Assembly (NCBI RefSeq): GCF_018977255.1
Contig: NW_024704746.1
Span: forward strand, 18,414,001-18,478,000
Reading direction: 5' to 3'
From: Callorhinchus milii
Lineage: Eukaryota
DNA length: 64,000 nt
The notes beneath the pieces are model-generated. The model saw only the letters and a list, made by a program, of their open reading frames with translations. It was not told the origin of the DNA and ran no database searches. Shown here piece by piece: positions 38,235-49,997 of the stretch; position 1 is the stretch's first letter, and each line of letters starts with the position of its first letter. The position numbers were made by a program, and so were the translations under genes.

Positions 38235-39429
38235 GTAGGTGAGTCAGCAGTTGGCAGCGAGCCTGGACTACTTTAATGGTATATCTGTTCCTATAGTTGC
38301 ACCACTGGAGAATAAGCGAAGAACTTGATTCTCTTCCTCAATGGGATGTCAGTGTTGTGCTGGTAATTGTAGACGAGGGTTACCATTTGGGGCGTGTTGA
38401 CATTTTGACCTAATTTCCATTGCTTTCAGTGCCTTGCACTGGTTTCTCAATTTAGCTCGTTACAGATCGGATTTACAACACTCATGGAGAAATAGCCGAG
38501 GAACTGAAAGGGCAGATGGTTAATTCCGATGACAACTGTCTTTTTAAATTGGCTTATTTAGGGCATTGTGTGTTAAAGACACACAAGGTATAGTTGTCAG
38601 TGCATTGATAGACGTAGCCTTACAGACAAAATTGGCATTTTCCACTAACTGATACGCAGCTGGCAACATTGCAGTATTTAAAAGAATCGCCACCATCAGC
38701 AGTGTGTTTATTTTAGAGTACTGTATTTTGAAACGGCAGCTACTAGTTAAATGATGGCTCATATAGCCCCATTTTCAAATGAGCTTCAAGAAATATCTGT
38801 CAGTACAGTAGAAGGGCTTATTATTTGGGTTTTAAAATCTTTGTTATGAATTTCACGATTTAGTCGGTCGACAGTGAACAGATTGCCACTGATTTATGGA
38901 ATCCTTATAAGCACATTACAACATTTTAACAATAGCTTTGTAATTATTTGCAGTTTCTACTTAAACTTATTTTGATATCTAAGCTAATGACTATGAGACA
39001 TGTCTGATTTGCAATGCATTTGGGATTTCTTTGGTCTGTTGAAGTTACCTATCCACACTGATGTGGCTTTCCTATTTTTAGATTCAGTTTCAATGCTGTT
39101 GGTACAGGAATATCACCACAGTTAGCAAGAACCCGTGAAATTTGACACTCGCGGTGAAGCTGTCTGGTGGAAAAACTAGTGTTCTAAACCTTCCATCGCA
39201 CTTCAGGGTGGAACAGACCCCCACTGTTTTTAATTGCACAGCTGATTTCTGGACCAAAATATGACAGCTTCTGCAGCGCAGCTTTCTACAACCACAAGCT
39301 CAACGAGACAGAATGCAAAGTCCTGAGCTCGAGCCAATTTTATAGTTTAGGTTCATAGAAAATGATGATGTAGAAATAGTGTCAGATTTGGGTTTGAATC
39401 ATTGTGTAAATAAAACAGTTTATTTATTT

Positions 39430-39545
39430 ACAATAATAATAATCCTTGCATCTGATAAAGTGCCTTATCACGTCTTCGAGACGTCTCAAAGCGCTTCACA
39501 GAATATACAGTAAAGTGAACTGATTATATATTTTGTTGGAGAAAT
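39430..39545 (-). mobile_element. SINE 3' fragment, same family as 744-1106
   Basis: aataataataatccttgcatctgataaagtgccttatcacgtcttcgagacgtctcaaagcgcttcacag. Confidence 0.85.
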
Positions 39546-39635
39546 GGTAATTCGAAGGCAGACATTGTTTTACTATGTTCTTTTTCACAGATCTGAGTTT
39601 TATGTACCAGTTATTGGTTCCCATTTTCTGTGCAG

Positions 39636-39764
39636 GCTACAAGAAGTGTGTTCTGATTGGCCATGACTGGGGTGGAATGATCGCCTGGTGTTTTGCTATA
39701 AATTACCCTGAGATGGTAAATAAGATTGTCGTTTTGAACTGCCCACACCCCACTGCTTTTTGCG
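39636..39764 (+). CDS. EPHX4: EPHX4 exon 4 (nucleophile Asp in GHDWGG)
   Basis: GYKKCVLIGHDWGGMIAWCFAINYPEMVNKIVVLNCPHPTAFC|gtaagt. Confidence 0.97.
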
Positions 39765-39984
39765 GTAAGTCTATTTTGCTGCATTTGAAATCTGTACACC
39801 AAGGTTTCTTTAAATCAGAACCAAAATATTAGTTTAGGAAAACTATCGTGTCATTCCTACTGTGTGTTGTACACAGAAAATCAGCCCAATTGGTAATAAA
39901 CTCAAACTTAATACTATTTAAAGACTAAAGGGTACGCTCCTAAGAGATAGGTTGCTAAAATTATTGTCTGGAGAGAAACTGAGC

Positions 39985-40185
39985 CACACAGACCTAGAAT
40001 GCCTCTGGGTTTGATTCCTCGTCTCTGCTGAGTTGGTTGATGTTAGTGGGGCTGCTACAAATGATCATTGTACTCCCAGACTATGAAGGGAAAAATCAGC
40101 CACTATTCTTGTTTCTGATCACAATCTAATGACCCTTGCTGGAAGGTATGTATGCGTGTTGTAAATGGATGAGGAAAGGAGACAC
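39985..40185 (+). mobile_element. Degenerate old SINE-like element, with a related copy at about 53790-53915
   Basis: B-box-like gggtttgattcc followed by gctgagttggttgat...gggaaaaatcagcca. The 53.8 kb copy shares agttgatctcagcc...ggaaatcagcca. Confidence 0.5.
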
Positions 40186-40469
40186 ATTATCGGTTCTGAG
40201 TTTAAAATTTCTCCTATTGATTAAATATTACTGGCAACAGATATATAGCAAGAAAGCAGAATTTTATCAGGGTTTTTCGATGAAGAACGAGCTTCACGTA
40301 ATACACCAAAATATTATATCCTCTATGAGATCCAAAATAAACTCTGTTTTGTATATAGAGTATATAAATGCATGCATGACTATTAACTCCTCCGTGAGGT
40401 ACTGTACAATCTGGTTATGTAAGGTTTGTCACCTTAAAAGCTATTTAATTCAGTTGCCAGTTGAATTCA

Positions 40470-41195
40470 CAAGGGTGGTGCTAGCGAGGAGAGGATATAG
40501 TTACGATGAAAGGCTTAACACTTGAGACTATATTCAATGCTGCAGAAAAAGATTAAGCGGGTTCTAATAGTATTCAGAATTATGAAGGAATTTTTCTGAG
40601 GGTATAAAATGATGAGGCTATTTCTGCAGGTTGGTTGAGTTGATAACGGGCAATTTTTTTTACACAGAGGGTTATCGAGATGTGAAATATGTTGCTACAT
40701 ATGACTTTTAAAACAAAAGTATGATGTGGAATTTAAAATCGAAATAGCTAAAGATTTGAAGAAGGAAGATGTAAAAGTGTATGAGTCCTGTAGCTCAGTG
40801 TAGAGCACTCGCCTCGCAAGCAAGAGACCTGGGTTTGATTCCCGGCAGGGTGAAATCTTGAGCAAGTTTCCTTATTCCACAAGCCTGATAATAATACCTC
40901 AAGAAAAAAAAAAAAAATTAATTTGGTCACTCAATCCACGACTGTTTGTTGGACACTGCTGTGTGCAATTGGCTGCTGCATTTTGCCCACAAAATATACA
41001 GTCAATTCTGTGAATTACAGTATATTCTGTGAAGCACTTTGAGACATCTTGAAAAGTGCTATATCAGATGCAAGGATTATTATTTATTACCATATTATGA
41101 GGAAGGGCTACAGAAATGAGCTTAGAGTGGTAGAGCAAGGGAATCACAGACATAACAGACTGAATGGCCGCCTTCTGTGCTGATGTTTATAAGAT
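40470..41195 (+). mobile_element. Degenerate CR1 3' fragment interrupted by a SINE at 40783-41089
   Basis: CR1 motifs (gttacgatgaaaggctt..., ttttttacacagaggg) come before the SINE, and the CR1 terminus (gactgaatggccgccttctgtgctg) comes after it. Confidence 0.7.
40783..41089 (+). mobile_element. tRNA-derived SINE, full-length short variant
   Basis: GAGTCCTGTAGCTCAGTGTAGAGCACTCGCCTCGCAAGCAAGAGACCTGGGTTTGATTCCCGGC...atgcaaggattattat. Confidence 0.92.
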
Positions 41196-41379
41196 GTTAT
41201 GAACTGAATAAATTTATGGAACACCAATTCTTTGCATTGGATGCATCCTATAGACTTTTTGCTTTCATTTCTAAATTCTTATTGGGGCTCCTCAGTAATC
41301 ATTGCTTCCTCATCTAAATGTTGAAAGTAATAACTGTACTCAATAATTCACTGTGAAGATGTATTCAAATGTTTTTCAG

Positions 41380-41483
41380 ATTACATTGGACAACACCTCA
41401 CCCAACTGATCAAGTCTAGTTACCTTTTCTTTTTCCAAGTGCCGTGGCTTCCTGAGTTTATGCTTACAATAAATGATTTCAAG
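41380..41483 (+). CDS. EPHX4: EPHX4 exon 5 (lid Tyr)
   Basis: tttcag|DYIGQHLTQLIKSSYLFFFQVPWLPEFMLTINDFK|gtgagc. Confidence 0.96.
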
Positions 41484-41878
41484 GTGAGCAACAATTCAGC
41501 TACAAGCAATTTGGCAGAAACAGACTATGTGTAAATATATTTTTTAAATGTACACGGTAGTGAGTTTGAGGATGTGATTTAATTTCTAGGTTCAGATGGC
41601 TCCATAAACTAAATTAACTTTGATTTGTGGCTTTTGAATCCCTCGAATATTGTATCCAGTAAATCATCCAGGTGAAATTAATTTAGATATGGGTGTTCAG
41701 AATTCACCTCTGCTATCTCACCTCTGACAATTGGGAAAGATGGCAAAATTTAGGCTATTCCCCATTGAGAGGCAGAGGCTGAGTCAACTGAACACAGAAA
41801 GCAGCATCATTGACAATGAGTGCTTTCTTTTCTCGCCTCCTTGGATGGAATGGCAGACAATGCAAGGGGATCTACCAA

Positions 41879-42290
41879 GAACAACAACAAAATTACATTT
41901 GTATAGCGCCTTTCACGTCGGGAGGACCTCCCAAGGCGCTGGACAGACAGAGTTACTGACCCGGGGTCAGGGAGGGTGGAGGGCAGGGAGGGAAGCAGGG
42001 AGATCGAAAGCGTGGTCAAAGAGGAGGGTCTTTAGATGGGTCTTGAAGGAGGCAAGCGAGGGGCGAGGTGGAGGGACTGCGGGATGGAGTTCCAGAGGTG
42101 GGTGCAGAGTGGCGGAAGGCCTGCCTGCCATAGTGGGGTGAGTGAGGTGGGGGACGTGAAGCAGGCCAGAGCCCACTGAGCGGAGGGAGCAAGCATGATG
42201 GTAGAGGTTAGGAGGTCCCAGAGGTAGGGGGAGCAAGATCCTGGAGGGCTTTGAAGGTGAGGACCAGGATCTTGAACTGTATTCTTTGTG
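41879..42290 (-). mobile_element. L2 LINE 3' end
   Basis: (CAA)n tail at about 41880. The reverse translation contains ASFKTHLKTLLF. Confidence 0.88.
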
Positions 42291-42299
42291 TGATGGCAT

Positions 42300-42840
42300 C
42301 AAGTTCGACCCCCAATTATCCTCCCCCACATCCGGTCCCTCACCAGCACTGCTTTCTTGCACCTCCGACGCATCGTCCGTCTCTGCCAATAGCTCTCCCC
42401 AAAAGCCGCTGAAATCCTTGCCAGACTGCACTGACTGCCTATCCCAGAGAGGATCAATTTCAAGATCACCCTTGTATTCAAGTCCCTGCACTCCTCTGCA
42501 CCCCCCTACCTCTATGACCTCCTCTCTCCTCAAAACAGTACCTGTTGCCTTCTTTCCTCCGGGTCTGGCCTCCTCCTCATCCCCCGAGTCCTCCGCTCCA
42601 CCCTCAGTGGCCGTGCCTTCAGCCACTATGCCCCGAGGCTCTGGAACTCCCTTCCTCACTCCCTTCGTCTCGCTCCCTCCCTTCCTATTTTCAGGTCTCT
42701 GCTGAAGACCTTTCTTTTCGACTGCGTCTTTGGTCACCTTCCTCCCCCTCTCCCTCGCTCGGCCCCAGATCCGTTATTGTGAAGCGCTCTGAGACACCGT
42801 CCGGCGTGGAGGGCGCTATATAAATCCAAGTTGTTGTTGA
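42300..42840 (+). mobile_element. L2 LINE 3' end, second tail subtype
   Basis: ...gagaggatcaatttcaagatc...ctctggaactcccttcct...ctgaagacctttcttttcg...gcgctatataaatccaagttgttgttg. Confidence 0.88.
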
Positions 42841-43037
42841 TGGGAAGCCCGTGGAATTGACAGGACAGAGTAAAAATGCATGAAAATTAGAGAGGGATCA
42901 ATTCCCCTTACAACCTAAGAGAACATAAGAGATTTATCTTTTCAATCCCAAGAGGTATTCTTCCTCTGGTGCAGTGTTTCCAGCATATTAATCAATCACA
43001 AGATGCTAACAATATTCAATCTCATTTCCTGCTACAG

Positions 43038-43186
43038 GCGTTAAAATATTTATTCACCAGTCAGAGTACGGGTATCAGAAGAAAAGACTGCAGGATGACG
43101 GCAGATGAGATTGAAGCCTATTTATACGTCTTTTCCCAGCCTGGGGCATTCATTGGACCACTAAGCCACTACAGAAACATTTTCAG
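43038..43186 (+). CDS. EPHX4: EPHX4 exon 6 (second lid Tyr in HYRN)
   Basis: acag|ALKYLFTSQSTGIRRKDCRMTADEIEAYLYVFSQPGAFIGPLSHYRNIF AG|gtacag. Confidence 0.96.
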
Positions 43187-43208
43187 GTACAGGTATATTG
43201 CACATATA

Positions 43209-43312
43209 TTAATAATCCTTGCATTTTCCGCAGTGCCTTTCACACTTTTGAGGATGTCGCAAAGTGCTTCACAGGATTTACTGTGAAGTGTAGTACTGTA
43301 TTTTGCAGGCGA
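43209..43312 (-). mobile_element. SINE 3' fragment
   Basis: aataatccttgcattt...gtgcctttcacac...aaagtgcttcacagg. Confidence 0.7.
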
Positions 43313-44041
43313 ATAAAAGATTTGATCAGGACAAAGCCTTTACAAAAATAAATGCTGGTAGAGGTACACAAACTAAATTTAAAAGCCACCAAAGTAACCC
43401 ATTACATGTGCCCTTTTATATCAATTTCCCAATACAACAACAATTCTTACAGGATTGCAAAGTGCCACCTCAATGCTGAGGTCTGAATCACTGTAGAAAA
43501 AAAGCTGTAAAAGCTATGCTCTATTTTAACTTGCTATGTTTATCACTGGTAATATTAGCAAGTACCGTATAGGACTGAATATATACTATTATAATTATCA
43601 CTTATATTCCTTTGTAAATTGTGCACAATAGTTTTTATTACCATCAGTCTGAACTTTTTAATATAACATAATAAAGGTTCATGGATATCTTTTGAAATAT
43701 AATATGTAAGAGATTGGCAAACTGAGATTGATAGAAAGGAGAATAAAGAAATTCAGACTTGTACTTTTGGACACCTTGATTATGGATATAATACAAGAAC
43801 CAAATGTTCAGAATTGAAAGACACACCTCAAATTGCTTTTACTCTATGCCCTCGATGTATATTAAAGGTACTTAACTGCAGCCTTCTTGCCTGACCTGTG
43901 TGTAAAAAAGACCTTTGTTTAGATTGTTCTGTATTTTTTATTTCAATCAGGCAAAAACCAACAGCTACAATTTCCATGCGACGTGAGGTTAAAAAGTAGT
44001 GAATTACTAATAAACAGAGTGTGTTTTATTGTCTTTTACAG

Positions 44042-44264
44042 TAGTCTGCCCCTGAATCAGAATGAGGTGATATCACCCACCCTGTTGCTATGGGGAGAAA
44101 ATGAAGTATTTCTGGAATTCGGAGCTGCAGAGGCTACACAGGCGTATGTGAAGAATCATTTCAGACTGAATATTGTGCCTGGTGCTAGTCACTGGCTTCA
44201 ACAGGATCAACCAGAAGTGGTCAATAATTTGATTTGGGCTTTTTTAAAGGAGGAAGCCAAGTAA
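44042..44264 (+). CDS. EPHX4: EPHX4 exon 7 (charge-relay acid, catalytic His, stop)
   Basis: SLPLNQNEVISPTLLLWGENEVFLE...GASHWLQQDQPEVVNNLIWAFLKEEAK, then TAA. The spliced CDS totals 1092 nt. Confidence 0.96.
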
Positions 44265-45895
44265 AACAAGCTGATGGCGATATTTTAAGATGAGAAAATG
44301 TTGCTGTCAATAGTGAATGTTTATCTGTGTTGCTTACCTGTTGCCGATTCCCTGTTCACATGCTGTCTAAAATCTTTCAGTGATATTTGGTGACTGTCTG
44401 CCTGTAAGATATTCACTTCGTTCACACACAAATTAGCAAAATATATGAAATTCCATTTAGTGTTGAAAAGAAAACAACTGGTTGTTGTATCCCTTTTGAA
44501 GTGTGATATATGGAATACGATTCATAGATCTTAAAACAAAAAAACTACCAGCTCCACACGCAGTATTCAGACTGATTGAAGAATTGTTTTAAAAAAAACA
44601 CTAGGAAAATAGCTGACACACACAAAAGTTAAAATGTTATGGTTTGATGTTTTCTGAAGGCTTGGGGAAAGGGATGCAGTATTTTTAACTTGACGGAAGT
44701 TGGACACTCAGACAACATTTTAGCATTTATTCCTGAATCTTTGCACATAAAAACAATAGCCTTAAATCTTGTAAATAAGAAACTGTGATGTCACCATGTA
44801 AATGAGTGATGTATCGTGTGCTTGTTACTGCTTAATTTACTTGGTGGTGCCTTTCACTACTTAATAAGAAAACAATTCAAGAGTGCCGTTTCTGAAAAAT
44901 ATAAATGGATTGTTTATATTTTATTTAATATTTATAAGTTATGTAGATTGATGTTTATATGGACAAAAATCATACATAGAAAATAATGCTCTAATTAGTA
45001 TTTGGTCTTCTGATATATATGTATATACACACAGAGACATTGAGCTACAGTAGTCAATTAGCACAGTACAATTGTGATTAATCTTGCGGCTGATTTTGTT
45101 CTTGGGAGGAACAATTCTACACAGACCTCCATCTAGTGGACCAGTTAACAAATGACTAGTAGCATCTTTGAGGAATAAGGTACTTGGTATTTGAGGCAAC
45201 AGTTTGGAGTCCAGCATTGTGAGGCTAAACTCCAGAGCCACTTTTCCAGAAGAACCCTAAGGTCTCAGGTTTTTATTTTACTTTGACTCCATCAGATTAG
45301 AGAATCAGTGGAATTGATCCTTTGTGTTAGTGTCACTCCGACCAGTGTTTATTTGAGAAACAAAGTTAAAGAAACCTACACATTCCATACAACACAAAAT
45401 TACATTTGTATCGCGCCTTTCACATTGGGAGGACATTCCAAGATGCTTGACAGTCAGGGATTTGGACATAAAAGTAAAAGAAAATACTGGGCACAATAGT
45501 TTAGAAAATGATCATTTGACTGTTCATGCCTGGAGTTGAATCCAATTTTAGCAAAGTGGGAGCATGTCTTAGGGGTTGGCTGAATTCAGTATTAATCAGG
45601 CAACTTAAATGGCTGATGCTCTAAATTACATCATTGTCTGAAAGACACACTGTACTGTACCCTAAGAAACTAAAATTAATCCACATTCTCCCAATTTAGT
45701 AGGGAAATTTTATGGCACTCTTTTACTTGCTCCATTTTTTCTTAATTCTATTCACCAATTTATATCTTTCAACATAGAACCTCTAAAACCTACATTTAAA
45801 TCTGTCACCACTAATGTTTCAGCTAAGAACATATTCCCGATTGCTGCAAACTGGCATAAGTATATGCTGCTATTTCAGGTACACTTAAATATTTG

Positions 45896-46195
45896 GAGTC
45901 CTGTAGCTCAGTTGCAAGCGAGAGACCTGAGTTCAATTCCAGGCAGAGGGCGAAACCTTGGGCAAGTTTCCTTACTCCACACAGAGCCTAATAATAATCC
46001 CTCCAAAACCAAAAACAATAATAAATTGGTCATTTTCAATCTACGACTGTTTGTGGGACATTGCTGTGCGCAATTGGCTGCCGCGTTCGCCCACAAATAT
46101 ACAGTCAATTCACTTTACAGTGTGTTCTGTGAAGCGCTTTGGGACGTCCTCCAGACGTGAAAAGCGCTATATCAAATGCAAGGATTATTATTATA
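45896..46195 (+). mobile_element. tRNA-derived SINE with a small deletion in the head
   Basis: gagtcctgtagctcagttgcaagcgagagacctgagttcaattcc...gtgaagcgctttgggacgtcc...atgcaaggattattattat. Confidence 0.92.
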
Positions 46196-49100
46196 TACCT
46201 CACTGATAACTTTGCTTCTGTAACTATAAGACTTCCAACAGAAATGCTGCACCCACAATTTAAAAAAAAAATTGAATTTACCTGGAATGTGTTTCTAAAA
46301 TAAATTTACAAACTCATTCCAAATTAATGATAGACTTTTATTTGACACTTCCAAACTTTAAATTGACATGGCTCACCATTTGTTTCTTTAAAAGAAAATC
46401 TCCACAGCAAACCAGCTACTGGTGTCCTGTCAATACTCGTCAATAAGTTGGATACATTCAAGAGAGGAAGGATGCTTTCCTTTAATAGAGAAATTATTGT
46501 GGCATTTCTTTCTTGACCTGATGCATTTCGCTTGTTTTGTTAACTGAGAGTGAGGCGGTGACCACCTGCCCTCTCAGCTGAAGGAGGATGTGATTTATTT
46601 TTAAAAAAAACCTTAAAATTGTTCTGCTGCAATAACAAAATTACATTTGTGTAGTGCCTTTCATGTCGGGAGGAAGTCCCAGGGCACTACAAATGGATTA
46701 CTCAGATGTGTAAAATGGCTCAAGGATCAAAAACCATCAAAGTGTTATTTTATATTACTCTGAATTTACTGACATTTTTGATACAAATCGTTTTGTTGAA
46801 TTGCACAACAGAGGAACCACCTGAGACAATTTGTGTTCTGTTAGTTTCTATATATGAGCGTGACTGCACAGTAACTTTAGTGTGTGTAGTAATTGCTACT
46901 GTATTTAAAACTTTATTTAAAAAGTGCCAAATTGTGGTTTCACATTATATATTGTAGCTCTTCGGTGCAGTGTTTTCATGGATGCATGTTGAGCACAAGC
47001 TTAAAATACACTTGTATATTAGCAGCTGGAGCTCTGCACTCTTTGGTATCAGTATTTTTTTAAAGAGGAATTAATATTAAAGATCCTTAACTCCATATCA
47101 GTATTTAGCACTTTGGGCAGAAGGTATATTATCCGAGATGAAAGTGCCCATCTATCTGAAGAGTAAAGTTGTAAAACGTTATTTCCTGTGCCCCTTTTAT
47201 GAGCCTGTGGAAGTACAAATCAATGTGTCTGTCCACTGTTAATTTTGTCTCTCTGAATGGCGCGGCAGATGCAAAACAAAAAATGGAGCAGCTGGACTGA
47301 TGATAGGAACAAAAGAAAATTTATATCTCACTCCCTTTGTAACTATCGGCATAACTTTCGTGATAAGGAATTCTTTGCTATCTTCCAGTCCTCAGGTTCA
47401 AGCTCCTGCACAATGAGCAAATATTAACCAGGGCTGTGCCTTTTTTCCTTGAGTGAATCTTATAGTTCAAGGGGCCAATATACATTTAGTTTTAATGCTG
47501 CGTTGACTTCCGATGTTTATTGTTTTCCAAGCCAATTTGACTGGGTCTGGGATTTGTTCAGTCCTTGTTTACGAAACATGAGTGAAATTAATTTACCACA
47601 TTGCAATGTGCTGTCTGGGAAAGCTAATATAGAAACCCTAGCTGAGGCAGAGATATGAACCTGGATTTCCCAGTGCCAGCCATAACACGCAAACATATTG
47701 TGCAATTGGCCCACAATTTTGCATTATTATTATTATTGCAACTTTATGTTTCTTGAGCATGAAATAAACCCCATCCAGGGAGACTGTCTTGAATACTGTC
47801 ATTTTCTAATTGCATCTTTTCCGTTTTGGAATGGCAGATTAGCAACGATAGGCTTCATTGTATATGTTAAATATTTTCTTTATTGAAAAATAAAGATACA
47901 AATCTGAATCTTTTTTAATGATCTTCTTATTAATTTCTGTGGATTTCATTTAGCATTCTTCAGCCCTTTAATGTATTAAAAGTTTACTTGCCTCTTTGTG
48001 TTTCCCACCTAAATCCCTTTCATTTACATCTGTGTGGACATGCAAGTTATTTTGAGTACCAAACCATTTGTTTGCAGATTTTAAAGCAGACTTTTATTTC
48101 ATAAGAACATGTATAGGATCATAAAACAATTATAACACTGGGCAAATCTTATCTACGACTTACCATGACTTGGTGCCCACAGGAAATAAATTTACTCACA
48201 CACACAACGTACACATACTTATTTTGCTGCAGTGTACGATGTTTGTTCTGTGCTGCTAAAGCTGGAAAAATGATGTCTGAGGTGACACCGCTGGTGTTTA
48301 AATCTTTATTGAATTTTAGGTGACAGATCTGCTTGGAGTGAAAAACACCCCTGAGTGGGGTGCAAGCAATGCATAATGTTCCCCAAAATAGGATTTACTC
48401 ACATCTTGCATTTAATAGGTCAGATATTCCCAACAGCATTTGTGTTTATCCATTCCTGATTCTGAACCCAGAAGGGAAATTGCTCTTTTTTTTACATTTC
48501 ACTGTCCAGTCTCTATTCCCCGATGCCACAACATAACCCTGCATCATCACCAACACTAATGAGCTGGAAGAAAACCTACCGATTTCAGTGTGTGTTACTG
48601 GGCACGTTTTTAATCAAATACTTAACGGAGAACAATAATCTTTTACTAAAATTGCTGCTCTGCCATCCGCAGCACTTTGTCTAATTGTCTGGCATCATCG
48701 CTTTGGTCCCATCTACAGAGAGGACATCTCCAGAAGGGAACAAATGGAGTTCAACATTTTTTAAATTTATACATACCAATTAAAAGCTCCAGTTTACTCT
48801 GTGAACTGGGACTGGTTTTTAACACAGAGAGCCACAGCCAGGACAGGTTTACAATTGTGAGCACCTGATTGACATAAACAAATGAGAAAGTGCCCAATTG
48901 TGTTCTGCACGAATCACTGGAACTAGTTCTGACTTCAGCGGATGATTCAGCACTTCATAAACCGTCAGCAGCTGCAGGGTAGCCAATTATTACAAGATTA
49001 TTCTTTACACAGTTTATGGAAGGGAGGCTTTGGGAAACTTGAGGGTATAACGAATGGACCCCTTCGGTAAAATTCCCCTGCAATTCATGGTAGTTTTGAA

Positions 49101-49214
49101 GTAATCAAAACAATTGGAGCTTTGTTACGTTCTTTATTTTGATTCAGAAATGCTGATGCGGTTCTCAGATGCTAACCTGGTTTACTCCACGTGGCTAGAG
49201 AACAATTTGCAACC

Positions 49215-49640
49215 TCGAAGAGAAGGGTCTTGAGACCGGCCTTGAAGGAGGCGAGGGAGGAAGCGAGGCGAAGGGGATGTGGGATGGAGTTCCAGAGTGT
49301 GGGGGCAGAGAAGCTGAAAGCCCGGCCACCGATGGTAGGGCGGGTCGGGCGGGAGACGTGGAACAGGCCAGAGCCTGATGAGCGGAGGGAGCGGGCAGGT
49401 TGGTAGGGAGTCAGCAAGTCAGAGAGGTAGACGGGGCAAGGCCATGGATGGCCTTAAAGGTGACTAAATAATATTGAGTGAACAAGCCTTCTCTTCGACC
49501 GTGCCTTTGGTCTCCCTCCCCCCTACACCACCCCTCCTCCCCCATGCTCGGACCCCAACATCTGACTGTTTAGCGCTTTGGGACGTCCTCCCGACATGAG
49601 AGGCGCTCTATAAATGTCATTTTGTTGTTGTTGTTGTATT
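49215..49640 (+). mobile_element. L2 insertion with inverted 5' part (49215-49463 on -, 49487-49640 on +)
   Basis: The two segments are consecutive parts of the element as seen intact at 2950-3292, but in opposite orientations. Confidence 0.88.
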
Positions 49641-49834
49641 GTTGATTGTCTCCCAACTTGGGTTTAGGGCGCCTTTAATAAAAATACTGACTGAACAAGC
49701 CTTTGCCGGCCATCCATTGGGGGCAAAGTCAAGCAGCTAAGCTAATACCCCCCTCCCCCACCCCCCCAATACACACACACACACACAGGTGTGGTGTGGG
49801 GGGAAAAAAAGGTGCAATCCTCGTGGTGCTGGTG

Positions 49835-49985
49835 ATGGGCGGTGGGGGGCGGGGCGAGGAGTGGACAGATCTCGTCGCTGATTGGCTGGCAGCCGGCGTG
49901 ACGCACGGGGGAACCCAATGGAACGCCACGCGGACTTCCGCATTATGACGTCACAGTGGGGCTGGGGTTCCCCTCCTCCCGGGTT
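49835..49985. promoter_or_regulatory. BTBD8: Motif-dense promoter upstream of BTBD8
   Basis: GC box 49846-49855, ATTGG 49881-49885, GTGACGCA 49898-49905, CCAAT 49915-49919, ETS-like ACTTCCG 49934-49940, perfect CRE TGACGTCA 49946-49953. Confidence 0.75.
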
Positions 49986-49997
49986 CTTCAGTCAGTT

